Assembly: GCA_963805855.1 (NCBI GenBank)
Contig: CAWDVW010000002.1
Coordinates: forward strand, 192,001-256,000
Direction of reading: 5' to 3'
Length of the DNA stretch: 64,000 nt
Source: Candidatus Dadabacteria bacterium
Lineage (GTDB): Bacteria > Desulfobacterota_D > UBA1144 > Nemesobacterales > CSP1-2
Shown here: positions 43,223 to 53,806 of the stretch, in pieces
Numbering within the stretch: position 1 is the stretch's first letter
Layout: each line of letters opens with the position of its first letter
Position numbers and translations under genes: made by a program
The notes under the pieces: model-generated
Database searches by the model: none
What the model was told of the DNA's origin: nothing
The model's input: the letters and a program-made list of their open reading frames with translations, nothing else

Positions 43223-44650
43223 TTACCTTGAATTACTTTCCTCTTTGTATTTCTCCCTCATTTTTCGCATCTCCTCCTTCAAATTCACCGTTTCGTCATC
43301 GTCTACCCATGCCCAGGAGAAAAATTGGATTTCTGCCAGGGAGGTCGGCTCACTGCCGAAGAGGAACACAGCTCGTCTTCCATCTGTCCAGTATGGCTGG
43401 TTCATAAAATTCCTGTGTGGATTATCCTGAGTGGCAATTCCGACACCATCGACATAGCCGACCTTGCTCACAGCCTGTGAAAATAAAAGATCCTGCATCA
43501 GGTATTCCCTCGCCTCATCAATATCTGGATCAATGGCATGGGACGTTCCCCACCATGCTCTCCAGGTGAAGTACGAACCTATGTCCCGGCTTATTGCTCC
43601 AATCCAAATGTCTTTGCCCTGGTATTTCATAGGTGACAGCCAAAGGCGAAGATGGTTCCTCTCATGAATCGTAGATCTCGCCTTCTGAAGTCCCATATCC
43701 TGATGACGTTTGTAGAAATACAGACTGCTCATGGGTGACGTACGATATCTGGCACCGGAAAAGAATGCCTTGAAAGCCCTAAGACCGGAACTGAATGTTA
43801 TTGGCTCGGTAACGTCCCAGCCACGGTATATCAGGGCCGGGAATATGTCATCCGCATCACCTATCAATATAAAATTAATGGGGTCATTCCTTCCGGAGCC
43901 ATCTTTCTTCTGTGTGCAGCAGGGTATATTCTCAAGGGCCCTCTGTAATTCTTCCTCATCTTCTATATTCACGGTCTGGTCGTCTGACGCGATTTTTTCA
44001 AAATCTACTCTTTGGTAGTCGGTTGTGATACCCGGAACTTCAAAGAGAAATGGGAAGGACTCTATCCTTTTGGGTCCGTAAAGGGTCACATTTACAAACT
44101 TCATACCTGGATCAATGTTCGTATAAACGAAGCCCTCTGATGTGCCGCCCGGAGGAATAAAACCTTTGAGTGCTTGCTGCTGAAAGTATTGATCGATTAA
44201 CTCATTTACACTGAATGCGAAATGAATGTGGTTCATATAAGCCGCCTCATTAGGAGAAAAATAATCCGAGTCCATGGCTGCAAACAATAATGAGAATGGT
44301 GTATCAGTTTGATTTTCTATCTGCAGCCAAACCGGCTGAACGCCACCCCTCGCCAGATTAACGCCGAACACCTTCTTGCTCTCATGATCGCTAAGCACCA
44401 CGGCCTTAACTGTTATACCTTCCCTACTCTGTGTCTCGGCCCGTAAAAGAAATGGCAAGTCCTTGGTTGGATTGGGAGACGGTGAATAAAACTTGCACCC
44501 ATTTGTTGTCTTCATGCTAAACACAGACTCGCTTTGCCCATTGGGGCTGCAATAAGATGCACAGCCTGACCACGACATGGAAACAGCACCAATCGTTAAT
44601 ATCAGAATTATGCTACTCAGTAATTTGAATATTTCGCAGAAGTTTAACAT
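43223..44650 (-). CDS. Exported protein with LssY C-terminal-like domain
   Basis: 'DPINFILIG', 'PMSSLYFYKRHQD', 'RNHLRLW', 'WIGAISRDIG' and 'HAIDPDIDEAR' resemble LssY_C. Confidence 0.75.
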   Translation of the reverse strand: MLNFCEIFKLLSSIILILTIGAVSMSWSGCASYCSPNGQSESVFSMKTTNGCKFYSPSPNPTKDLPFLLRAETQSREGITVKAVVLSDHESKKVFGVNLARGGVQPVWLQIENQTDTPFSLLFAAMDSDYFSPNEAAYMNHIHFAFSVNELIDQYFQQQALKGFIPPGGTSEGFVYTNIDPGMKFVNVTLYGPKRIESFPFLFEVPGITTDYQRVDFEKIASDDQTVNIEDEEELQRALENIPCCTQKKDGSGRNDPINFILIGDADDIFPALIYRGWDVTEPITFSSGLRAFKAFFSGARYRTSPMSSLYFYKRHQDMGLQKARSTIHERNHLRLWLSPMKYQGKDIWIGAISRDIGSYFTWRAWWGTSHAIDPDIDEAREYLMQDLLFSQAVSKVGYVDGVGIATQDNPHRNFMNQPYWTDGRRAVFLFGSEPTSLAEIQFFSWAWVDDDETVNLKEEMRKMREKYKEESNSR

Positions 44651-44665
44651 CTGGGTTAATCTGAA

Positions 44666-45956
44666 TCACTCATATAATTGCTTCAATTCTTCAGGGATAT
44701 GTCCGGGTAAATCCCACTTCAATATCTCTATCTCAGACAGGCTCGTATGTCTACTACCTATGAATAAGACAACACGCTTTCCGTCTGACCACCAGGACTG
44801 ATTCTTAAAATTCGTGACAGGCTCTGATCGGGATGAGGCGACCGACCCCCCCACATAGCCAAACTTGCTTAAATTATCCGAGAGCCCGACGTCCTCAAGC
44901 AAATAATGCCTAGCTTCGTCCACCTCCGGATCAATTGATTTCGCGACGTACCACTTCGTGCCACGGGTAAAATCTGAACCAATATCTCGAGTGGTGGAAC
45001 CTATCCACACATGCTCTCCCTTGTACTTAATTGGAGTCAGCCATACCCTGAGCTCTATCCTCTGACGGATCTTCCCCTTTTCCTTCTGTCTTGTCTTCTG
45101 GAGACTGTAATCCTGACTCCTCCCAAAGAAATACTCCCGACTCATCGGGGTAGTTCGGTATCGCGCAGTCGAAAAAATCTGTGACAGGTCTATCTGCTTC
45201 TTCCACTCCTTGGTTATCGGCTCAGAGACATCCCAGCCACGCCTGATGAAAGCGGAAGAGATATCATCTGTATCACCGACCAGCACCAGATTAATTGGAT
45301 AACCCCTACCCGCTCCCTCCTCATCGGTTGTGCAACACGAAAGATCCTCTATAGCCTCTCGAAATTCCTCCTCATTATCGTAATCGATAAATTTTTCCTC
45401 TGAATATAATTCTTGCCAATCTACCAGATCATAGTCACCCTGAAATCCCGGAACCTCGAAATAAAACACGAATTTCTCTATTCTCGTGAAGCAATAAAGA
45501 GTGACCTCAACGTATTTAATCCCCGGATCCATATTGGAGAAAACGAAGCCCTTCTCCTCTTCCCGGTGAAACATACTCAACATGCATTCCGATAGTATTG
45601 AAAAGCCTGTCCATCTCTTTGTTAGCAGAGCGACCGAGTATGTAATGGTTCATAAAAGCAGCTTCATTGGGCGAGAAATAGTCGGGATCGAGTGTGATTG
45701 GCAAAAATATACACGGTATTTCAGTGTCATTCTTGATACTTAACCAAACCGGCTGAATATCGTTTGCGGAAAGGTTGACACCAAATAGATCCTCACTTTC
45801 CTCATCGCTCGGAACAGATGCAGAAACGGTTATGCCGTCTCTGCTCTGACTCTGTGCATCGTTTTTAAACGGAACCTCTTCGATAGGCTTTGGAGAAAAA
45901 TTAGCACAGCCCAAAAAAATGCATATGAAGATTATTACTATTGCTCGCAAAATCAT
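44666..45956 (-). CDS. LssY C-terminal-like lipoprotein paralog, frameshifted near 45563
   Basis: ORFs 45516-45956 (lipobox FLGC) and 44666-45583 together align colinearly with the neighbouring 475-aa paralog. The frame changes in a short G run. Confidence 0.75.
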
Positions 45957-46121
45957 AATTAGATTGCCAAATGCCTGACTGGCAAATTACCTTTAAGAAC
46001 TCTTGATTATTTAACTTTCCAAAGGCGTTCTGTCAACATCTTGCGAAGCCACGAAGCTAATCAAATCTAATATACCAAAGCCAGGGGAGGAACCTTGGGA
46101 AATGCTTTCTTTTACGCTAAG

Positions 46122-47516
46122 TTATTTCACCGTTCCTAGAGTGGCGGCTTCCCACGCTGAAATACCGCCTACTAAATCAGCAATGTTTGCAAAATCATTT
46201 TTCTCAAGGATGCTCGAGGCAATCGATGAACGGTACCCCGTGGCACATTGTACGACCATCTTTTGATCACGAGGTATTTCAGCAATCCTGTCTTCCAACT
46301 GATTCAGTGGAACGTTAAGGCTCCCTTGAATCCGATTTTCATTCCATTCGCTCTTTGTTCTGACATCTAGAACAAGCGGTGGATTTCTCGAAGAAAGCTG
46401 TTCGTGAAGTGTCAGGGCCGTTATCCTATCCGTTCGCTTTAGGAGATCGGGGCGGGTTAGAAGTGAATGCATCCCACCCTCAAGATAACCCTTAATATTG
46501 TCAAACCCGATTCTGCCAAGTCTCATCATTGCTTCCTCCTCACGCCCAGTATCTGCAATAATTACTACCGGCTTATCGCTCTCCAGAATGGTCCCCGCCC
46601 ATGTTGCGTATTTCCCATCTAGTGGGATATTGATACTCCCTTCGAGGTGTGCACCCTCAAAATCGACAGGCTCCCTGACATCTAAAATTTGTGCACCCTC
46701 TTCTCTTAGATTGATGACCTTGTCCAAGGTGAGCGGCTTTAGTGCCTTCTTGATTGTTTTCATTAGCGTCAGGCGCTCTTTCGTATTGAGTATTGCATCA
46801 TATGTGAAGTAGTCAGGTGCTTCGGGTTGATCGGCCGTAACAATCTTTATGAACTCTTCTCTACTCATTGGTTGAAGGGCGTAGTTGTATCTTCTTTGAA
46901 TGCCGAGCGTTGATACAGTGTCCTCACTAAGGTTCCTACCACACATTGACCCTGCGCCATGGGTCGGATAAACAAGCGCCTTATCCGAAAGCTTTAGAAT
47001 CTTATTTTGAATGGAGTCGTACAACATGCCCCCGAGCTCTTCTGCAGACCATCCGAGCGATGCCCTTAGATCAGGGCGTCCGACGTCCCCGATAAAAAGA
47101 GTGTCGCCAGTCAGAACCGCATAGGGTTCCTTGTCATCCTTTGCCAGGTCATAAACGACTATCGATATCGACTCAGGAGAGTGCCCCGGTGTTTCAAGGA
47201 TCTCTAGACGCACCTTTCCAAACTCTATCGTCTCGCCATCACGTAACGGAGTGAATTCATACTCCGCTTTAGCACGGGATCCAAGACATATCTCTGCACC
47301 CACACGTTCCTTAAGCTCCAGATGCCCCGCAACAAAGTCCGCATGAAAGTGGGTTAAAAAGACATAGCTAACGTTAAGCCCTAGGGCTTTAGCATCATTC
47401 AGATACTGGTCTATGTCCCGCTGCGGATCAACTATAACCGCAGTCTTGCTCTCTTCATCCCCGACCAGATAGGATGCATGCGAAAGACAGCCGAGATAAT
47501 ATTGTTTAAGAATCAT
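46122..47516 (-). CDS. MBL-fold persulfide dioxygenase-like protein fused to two rhodanese domains
   Basis: 'THFHADFVAGH', 'TPGHSPES', 'TGDTLFIGDVGRPDL', 'HGAGSMCG' and rhodanese 'QCATGYRS'. Confidence 0.9.
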   Translation of the reverse strand: MILKQYYLGCLSHASYLVGDEESKTAVIVDPQRDIDQYLNDAKALGLNVSYVFLTHFHADFVAGHLELKERVGAEICLGSRAKAEYEFTPLRDGETIEFGKVRLEILETPGHSPESISIVVYDLAKDDKEPYAVLTGDTLFIGDVGRPDLRASLGWSAEELGGMLYDSIQNKILKLSDKALVYPTHGAGSMCGRNLSEDTVSTLGIQRRYNYALQPMSREEFIKIVTADQPEAPDYFTYDAILNTKERLTLMKTIKKALKPLTLDKVINLREEGAQILDVREPVDFEGAHLEGSINIPLDGKYATWAGTILESDKPVVIIADTGREEEAMMRLGRIGFDNIKGYLEGGMHSLLTRPDLLKRTDRITALTLHEQLSSRNPPLVLDVRTKSEWNENRIQGSLNVPLNQLEDRIAEIPRDQKMVVQCATGYRSSIASSILEKNDFANIADLVGGISAWEAATLGTVK

Positions 47517-47522
47517 TGTTAT

Positions 47523-47622
47523 AATTGGGGACAGGCACTTTCTAGTTATATAAAAGAATTACCAGAATCGTTTCTTTGAGTTTTCTGTGTAGCCATTTTT
47601 GGAAAGTGTCTGTCCTTCATTT
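47523..47622. repeat. Short element with imperfect terminal inverted repeats
   Basis: AATTGGGGACAGGCACTTTC ... GAAAGTGTCTGTCCTTCATTT. The core is shared with the element at 59492-59594. Confidence 0.55.
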
Positions 47623-47627
47623 AGTCA

Positions 47628-48005
47628 CTAATTCAGGACCTTATATCCTCTATCTCTCATGCAGTTTCTATATATAGAGTTATAATTCTTGTTGCTCTTA
47701 TACACAGCTCTACCTCCACCGCCTACTCCACCTATAACGGCACCTATGCCTGCACCCTTGCCTACCGAACCCCCGATGGCACCTATGAGTGCACCAGTCC
47801 CAGCTCCCACCCCTGCACCGATTACGGTGTCTTTAGCAGCGTTTTTCCAGTCTCCTGAGTTGTTCTTTGCAAGACGCGTACACTCTGATCTGTCACTGTA
47901 GTACTTATCCTGGTTTTTTATGCTTGCGGGGTCTACAACGGGCTCCGCCCAAGCATACGTGGCGGAAATAAGAAACAAGATAGACAAAAATCTTAGTTTT
48001 CTCAT
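47628..48005 (-). CDS. Exported glycine-zipper protein
   Basis: Signal peptide, GxxxG-rich 'GAGVGAGTGALIGAIGGSVGKGAGIGA' and C-terminal 'CMRDRGY'. Confidence 0.8.
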   Translation of the reverse strand: MRKLRFLSILFLISATYAWAEPVVDPASIKNQDKYYSDRSECTRLAKNNSGDWKNAAKDTVIGAGVGAGTGALIGAIGGSVGKGAGIGAVIGGVGGGGRAVYKSNKNYNSIYRNCMRDRGYKVLN

Positions 48006-48064
48006 AAATTACACCTCCGTTCGGAACCGATATTATAAAAGAGTAAGTTGCGGTTCTGATTAAT

Positions 48065-48763
48065 TTACTCTCGAATCTCCTGCTTCTCCTTAGTTACCTC
48101 TTCTGCAATTTCTACCATATCCCCTTCTATAGGTTCAATGAGCGTATATCCAACAAGGGGTTTATATTCCCCCAATTTGTAATCGCGTATAGTTAATATG
48201 CATTTAGCTTTGCCACCCTCCGGAAAACAGGAATAAGAAACCATCGAACCCGCTATTCTCACAGAACTATCTTCAATTAAAACCGATGGCATCAATCCAA
48301 AGTTATGAACGTCAAATCCTCCCTTTTCATTTTTTGATACCGAATATAATCCAGCGAATTCACTATCACCAGTATCTCTTGGTACAGATCCCTGCTCCTC
48401 TACGGATGTTTTTTTTATTTCCTCGTATACTAACGCACGCCCTCCTAAATCATTAACCCTGTCCAATATATCAATCGTTACTTTTTGGTCTAGTTTTCCA
48501 TCTGTCGTTGTGGTTACCACGGTTTTAACGGGAATTTCAAAATCGCCGTCGCCGATATCGACTGCACTACCAAAGTGCCTCTCCTTTTTCACAACAGTGC
48601 CGTCTTGCTTGGTTTCGGATACGAGTGTCCTGCCCGAAAGCAAGCTATCGTAAAGCTTCTTGAATTCTGAGACATTTAAAGGTTCCTGCTTCGCCTGCGC
48701 GCTAATATATCCGGCTAACATTATTAAAAATAGGAATTTTGCTATCAAACATGCTTTTTTCAT
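48065..48763 (-). CDS. Exported hypothetical protein
   Basis: AAGGAG SD, signal peptide and a beta-rich mature region. Confidence 0.7.
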   Translation of the reverse strand: MKKACLIAKFLFLIMLAGYISAQAKQEPLNVSEFKKLYDSLLSGRTLVSETKQDGTVVKKERHFGSAVDIGDGDFEIPVKTVVTTTTDGKLDQKVTIDILDRVNDLGGRALVYEEIKKTSVEEQGSVPRDTGDSEFAGLYSVSKNEKGGFDVHNFGLMPSVLIEDSSVRIAGSMVSYSCFPEGGKAKCILTIRDYKLGEYKPLVGYTLIEPIEGDMVEIAEEVTKEKQEIRE

Positions 48764-48843
48764 TTTTCGTCTCCTTATGATAAAACAGAATAAAATATCG
48801 ACAGCTACTTTTCAACTAATACAACCTCCGGGAGGTCTTTGAA

Positions 48844-48985
48844 TCATTCATGAACTACATGCAGATCGCTCGAACAGACACCTGCACCGGCGATCCTGAT
48901 CAGGACTTCGCCGGGGCCAGGACGGCTGCGGAATGTCATCGAACCTCGCATCGGTCTGCCACGCGTGTACACGGTATGCTTTCAT
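48844..48985 (-). pseudogene. N-terminal remnant of a zinc-dependent alcohol dehydrogenase
   Basis: AGGAGG SD, then MKAYRVHAWQTDARFDDIPQP / frameshift / PGPGEVLIRIAGAGVCSSDLHVVHE-stop, matching the ADH_N 'GxCxSDLH' motif. GC-rich relative to its flanks. Confidence 0.7.
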
Positions 48986-49113
48986 TCTGCCTCCTTTATC
49001 GCCGTGCGCTCGCTTGCCGTAAATTTTACACCTTTCACCCAGCATGCACATTCAATGAGCATAAAGATAGCCTCTGGGAGGCCATGGCCTCGGGAGGTCT
49101 CTGTTAAATATCG

Positions 49114-50817
49114 CTATTCTGACTTATGTAACCTTGCCTTATCAACATTTTTTTCACGCAGATACTTGTCTAACTCATTTATATTTGCGTCACTATATTG
49201 CTCAAACGATTCGTAACCCTTGTCCGTGATCACGGTGTCCGCTTTATACCAGACATCTATATTAACTTTTCGGTTTACTTTACGTGAAATATCCTCCTCA
49301 ACCCTCTTAAGATCTTCAGGCCTAATTGCATTTATACCAACTGCTTCAACTAACACATCCCACGAATCCCCTTTATGATTGTGATGAATGTTAACCGGAA
49401 AAAGCGAATCGTATCCTTTAAATTTATCTATAATTTCCGCCTCAATCTTATTTCTCGTCTCCTCTTGTTTATCACTGAAGTCACTAGCATATCTCCAGCC
49501 GGTCAACACTCTTCCCCTCTTGTCTGACAGGGTTGTTTCTACATTCCTAACTATAAGATTCAAATTCGGTTTCCCTAATGCCTCTTGCAACTTCTGCTCA
49601 AGTTCCCCGATCTCGGGCTCGGAAAGATTTCGGTAACCCTGAATCGTAGCAATTATTGTTGGTCCCTTTGGAAGAACCGCATAGTCAATGTCTATCAGAT
49701 CCATTCCCGGCCAATAGGACAATTTTTCGAGAAAAGCTTGCTCAGCCTTGCTTATAGCTCGCTCTTCATCGGTAAGAGACTCGTTTAAAAAGAATCCGTC
49801 TAAATTTTGACCGACTACTTCGCCCCCAGTCGACCCAAGAGCGGCAATATCTTGCGAGATCACATCTCTCACTATCAGTTGAGTTGGAAATTTCGTAATT
49901 CCCGACAGCGTCGTTTGTATCTCCTCTACCTTATCAGGAGTTATCAATTTGGGGCTTTTCACATTCGCTAATACATATAATTTTCCGTTTTCCTTGTCAT
50001 AGATGAAGCTATCGAGTGAGCTTGAACGAAACTTTTCGAATTCAGAATCCAGGACGTTCTTAATTGAAAGTTCCATATACCTTTCCTTAACGATTGCAAC
50101 TAAAGAATACGTTAAAAAGATAGCCACGATCGCAAATCCGATAAGGGCAAATCCGAAGCGCCTGAATACGTCCTTCGAAGATAACGATATCCACCACGGA
50201 TTTAGACCCGCAAGCACGAAGGTTGCTCCCGCCACTATGACGATCGACAGGAAATTTGCAAAAAACAACATGAAAGAACCAAAGGCCCCGGAGTAATATC
50301 CAAGAGCCAGGCTTAACCCAGTATTCGATAGCGGTGGAATAATCGCGGTCGCAATAGCTACGCCCGGAAGGACAGGACTGGATTTCTCATCAATCATTGT
50401 AAGAGCCCCCGCAAATCCCGCTAAAATTGCAACCATGAGATCTAGTATCGTAGGCCTGGTTCTTGCAAGCATCTCGGGAGTGGCTTCGAGAGCAAGGGGT
50501 AGAAAACCCAATATTCCAGCAAATAAAATTGATAAAACTATCCCGATTACGACAGATCGAATGGATATTCCGAGCAGGCGAGGATTGCCTATTACAATCG
50601 CCAGAGAAATCCCTATTATCGGGGTCATAAGCGGAGAAACCAGCATGGCTCCTATAATCACTGCCGTACTATTTGCCATGAGTCCGAATGCGGCAATCAA
50701 TGAAGCAGTAGAGAGTAGCGCATAGAATCTAAAGCCTGGTTCGGAACCGGCCGATATTTCATCAAATATTTCTTCCTTTCGCCCCTTGGATGCTCGGATC
50801 TGACTGATTGTTATCAT
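49114..50817 (-). CDS. DUF389 (TIGR00341-like) membrane protein
   Basis: 'NSTAVIIGAMLVSPLMTPI' and 'LPGVAIATAIIPPL', with an extended soluble C-terminus. Confidence 0.85.
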   Translation of the reverse strand: MITISQIRASKGRKEEIFDEISAGSEPGFRFYALLSTASLIAAFGLMANSTAVIIGAMLVSPLMTPIIGISLAIVIGNPRLLGISIRSVVIGIVLSILFAGILGFLPLALEATPEMLARTRPTILDLMVAILAGFAGALTMIDEKSSPVLPGVAIATAIIPPLSNTGLSLALGYYSGAFGSFMLFFANFLSIVIVAGATFVLAGLNPWWISLSSKDVFRRFGFALIGFAIVAIFLTYSLVAIVKERYMELSIKNVLDSEFEKFRSSSLDSFIYDKENGKLYVLANVKSPKLITPDKVEEIQTTLSGITKFPTQLIVRDVISQDIAALGSTGGEVVGQNLDGFFLNESLTDEERAISKAEQAFLEKLSYWPGMDLIDIDYAVLPKGPTIIATIQGYRNLSEPEIGELEQKLQEALGKPNLNLIVRNVETTLSDKRGRVLTGWRYASDFSDKQEETRNKIEAEIIDKFKGYDSLFPVNIHHNHKGDSWDVLVEAVGINAIRPEDLKRVEEDISRKVNRKVNIDVWYKADTVITDKGYESFEQYSDANINELDKYLREKNVDKARLHKSE

Positions 50818-50959
50818 GACCTATTAGAATACAAAAATATGATGGGATTGCTAGAATGCTGATTTGAAGAATTTCACGAGTAAATAACCCCTCCACTCCG
50901 TCGCGCAGTTATTCATTACGGAAATTCATTTCCGCCCGACTTAAAAATTTACTAAATAA

Positions 50960-51220
50960 ACCTCCCTGCAGCAAGCTGCACGACCTCACAATAGAACCTC
51001 AAAGGCTCAGGTGTCATCTCGAAGGAGCAAAGTGACTGAGAGATCTTTATTTATTAAAAAGGAAAGATATTTCGCTTCTGTTCAATATGACAGGGTTTGG
51101 GCAGCCCTTGTCTTGAGTAGTGAGCCCTGAGCCCGTCGAAGGGTCAAACTATCAAAGCGTTGTTTCTTTGTACCTTTGCTGAACCATGTCCTGACGATAG
51201 GTCAGGATCTATTCAGTATC
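50960..51220. repeat. Nested REP-like cluster
   Basis: CTGCAGCAAGCTGCA, a GTCATCTCGA...TGAGAGATCT unit and triply nested CTTGAGTAG[TGAG[CCCTGAGCCCGTCGAAGGG]TCAAA]CTATCAAAG. Confidence 0.7.
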
Positions 51221-51247
51221 AAGATAAAGAAACTAAAGGTATGAATC

Positions 51248-51568
51248 TCAACCCTGGGCGCAATCAATGCATCGATCGGTGTAAGGAAGGGCTTCCAATC
51301 GTTTGACTGAAATAGGGGTTTCGCAGACCGCACATATACCATATGTGTTTTTGTCTATACGATTGAAAGCGTCGTAAATTTGCTCTAATTCAACGCGAAC
51401 ACTTTCCTCAAGCCCCTCTACCACTTTTTCATGCGCACGCTCTAGAGCCTGTTCTTCCGAGTCCTTATCATGGGCTTTCCTCAGAGACTTCTTCAGCTTT
51501 CTGAACTTCTCCTCAAGCTCGACGCGTCGAATCCGAAGTTTTTCAACCAGTTCTTTATACTCATCCAT
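51248..51568 (-). CDS. TraR/DksA C4 zinc-finger protein
   Basis: 'TYGICAVCETPISVKRLEALPYTDRCIDCA'. Confidence 0.88.
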   Translation of the reverse strand: MDEYKELVEKLRIRRVELEEKFRKLKKSLRKAHDKDSEEQALERAHEKVVEGLEESVRVELEQIYDAFNRIDKNTYGICAVCETPISVKRLEALPYTDRCIDCAQG

Positions 51569-51841
51569 AAAAGATTCCCTCTTTTATGTTCTTATATCAT
51601 TAAAACACTTTAATTATATCTAACCACTTTATAATACCCACACTTTCGCAGTTAACTAAATCCCGGGATATCAAGGAGTCATATTGGTTTTCTTCATGCC
51701 ATTAGAACCAGAAATAGGATCATCTCTGAGACTATTCTGTCCGTATAATCCTTTGGAAACTGAACATTTGTTAGAACTCGTTTGTAGAGTTTTAGGTCCC
51801 AGATTTTCTGCGTGTGAATCAAATTCGAGAGCTTATAGAAC

Positions 51842-52771
51842 CTATGGCACCAGGCACCCGGGCGGCACACTTATAATTGCACTTGCACTCTCCTGATTGA
51901 TGTCGCCCCTCGGTCCAAAAATTTCACAATCAACAGGAGGCGCCAACAAGTCAACTACCACTGACGATTGGCCACCGGCCCTGATCCCAAATTCCTCAGA
52001 CGAGTTTATTACGAACTCTTCACCGCTGGAAAGATTCGTAAACGTCTGATTACTGCTCCTGACTCCGCTGTTTCGACTGGAAATTTCGAAGTTCCGAGAT
52101 GCATCAATTGAGATCACCGCTCTCTTATTTACATTGATACCAGCTGCACAATTTGTCGCGCTGAAGTTTTGTACATTTATCACAATAGAACTATTCTTGT
52201 TAGCTTTAATACAATCGTTTGATCTGCCGTTTATAGTAAAGTCTGCCAACTGCGGGGTCGTTATTGAGAATTCTGGTCCCGAAAATATAAATCTCTTACC
52301 GCCACCTATTCGTATCCGTTTTTGTTCTACCTGATAACCACCACCGTCAACATCATCAATAATTACCTGACCGGGACTTTCAAGTCTAACATCCAAAAAC
52401 ACTTGACTATCTTTTGTTATCAAGAAAAACTCGGAAAAGGTTTCTGAAAAGGGAAGAGGCGTCGTAAAAACCAATTCTATAAGTCGTTGAAGTCCCTTAG
52501 CGGGAACCTTTAACTGGTAAGCCCCAAATACGCCCGTTTCGGTACCCCTCCCCAAAGTTTTCCCGGTGTTCGGATTCATTGCTTCGATGGATATTCCAAA
52601 AACATCACCGGTATCTCCATTAACAGATGTTACCATCCCTGAAATCGTGACTCTTCCTGGCCCTCCACCACCGCCACCACCGCCGGTGACGTCAAAGCAA
52701 CCTGTCATTATTAGTGCCGCAGCTATTGCCGATGCGATAAAAAAGGAAGGAGCAATTGATCGTTTAGTCAT
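51842..52771 (-). CDS. Hypothetical lipoprotein with Gly linker and beta-rich repeats
   Basis: Lipobox-like 'MTGC', poly-Gly linker and C-terminal beta-helix-like periodicity. Confidence 0.65.
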   Translation of the reverse strand: MTKRSIAPSFFIASAIAAALIMTGCFDVTGGGGGGGGPGRVTISGMVTSVNGDTGDVFGISIEAMNPNTGKTLGRGTETGVFGAYQLKVPAKGLQRLIELVFTTPLPFSETFSEFFLITKDSQVFLDVRLESPGQVIIDDVDGGGYQVEQKRIRIGGGKRFIFSGPEFSITTPQLADFTINGRSNDCIKANKNSSIVINVQNFSATNCAAGINVNKRAVISIDASRNFEISSRNSGVRSSNQTFTNLSSGEEFVINSSEEFGIRAGGQSSVVVDLLAPPVDCEIFGPRGDINQESASAIISVPPGCLVP

Positions 52772-53245
52772 TCGATTATTCTCCTAATAATCCGAAATCT
52801 TTCAATCCGCTCATTCTAGCACATGTCATCTCCTTGTCAATTAAACCCTTTCACGTGGTCAGACGACGATAAACGGAGTTTTCCAACTTCGACAATTAGC
52901 TTTTATCACGGCACGTATAAAGGTCCATCCCCTCTCCCTACTTCAGTCTCATTCTACAACTTCTTCATTTCAGGTATCTTCATTTTCGATGCGAGAAAGG
53001 GGTGCCTTGAAGAAGTTTGTTCATACGATTACGCATTTTCATTGCGTTGAGAATCGAATGTTCATAATTCTTAAGCATTTGGATTATGTAGTTTTTTGGC
53101 GGATCCTGGCAGGTGGCCCAGACAAGCTGCTAATGATATAATTATTGACACTAATATCTAGGAGCTTAAATTGTTATACATGGTATTTTTAAGTCCATTT
53201 CAGCAGCTAGGTTTCGAATCCCATCCTTAAAAAAGGGGGTAGCAT

Positions 53246-53617
53246 ATGAAGGCTATAAATAAACTTCCGATTGTTATCATACTTCTCTTCAGCACTGGCG
53301 CACTTGCCGGTGACCTCTTTGATAGCGGTCTTGGGGATAACGAAGTGGGTGCTGGCTCCAATTATGACGCCGCACAGAATAGTTGGGACTATGGAACTCA
53401 TGATGACGCTCTCAAGTACAATGTCTTTCAGGATAAGTGGAACTATGCGGGTGAAGGCGACAGTCTCAAGTACAACACCTTTGAGAACGAATGGGATTTC
53501 GCGGGCGAGGATGATAGTCTCAAGTATAACGTCTTCGAAAATAAGTGGGAGTATGCCGACGATAAAGACACGCTCAAGTACAACGTATTTGAAGACGAGT
53601 GGGAGTTTGCAAAGTAG
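53246..53617 (+). CDS. Exported acidic protein with tandem 18-aa repeats
   Basis: Signal peptide, then four clear copies of LKYNxF[EQ]xxW[EDN][YF]A (54-bp period) and one degenerate copy. Confidence 0.8.
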   Translation: MKAINKLPIVIILLFSTGALAGDLFDSGLGDNEVGAGSNYDAAQNSWDYGTHDDALKYNVFQDKWNYAGEGDSLKYNTFENEWDFAGEDDSLKYNVFENKWEYADDKDTLKYNVFEDEWEFAK

Positions 53618-53671
53618 GTGAAGGTTTGCTAAACGGCCTGTCCCGAAAATAGTTGAAAGGCTCAAAAAATT

Positions 53672-53806
53672 ATGTGCGACCCAGTGCTGATAGCCGCAAT
53701 TCCAGAAGAACTTGGCTACTTCGACGAAAAGAAGGGAAAGGACAAGAGGGAGGAATTTCGTGCCCAGCAGCTTGGCCAAGACAATTCAGAAGGCAGCACG
53801 GAATAA
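53672..53806 (+). CDS. Unannotated 44-aa microprotein, copy 1 (MCDPVLIAAIPEELGYFDEKKGKDKREEFRAQQLGQDNSEGSTE)
   Basis: Below the ORF-track cutoff. Paralogous to 58694-58840, with differences in the first ~20 codons mostly at synonymous third positions. Confidence 0.7.
   Translation: MCDPVLIAAIPEELGYFDEKKGKDKREEFRAQQLGQDNSEGSTE

Noticed and set aside
53205-53228. GGTTTCGAATCCC resembling a tRNA T-arm or att site at the island edge
   Set aside because: It has an extra T, no acceptor stem or cloverleaf, and no second copy in the window.
53380-53617. 54-bp periodic repeats as a possible CRISPR array
   Set aside because: The repeats are in-frame coding repeats that vary at codon third positions, with no unique spacers and no cas genes.
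53207-53779. 190-aa minus-strand ORF and the 116-aa alternative-frame ORF
   Set aside because: They are shadows of the repeat protein at 53246-53617, which has the signal peptide, SD-like site and sensible composition.
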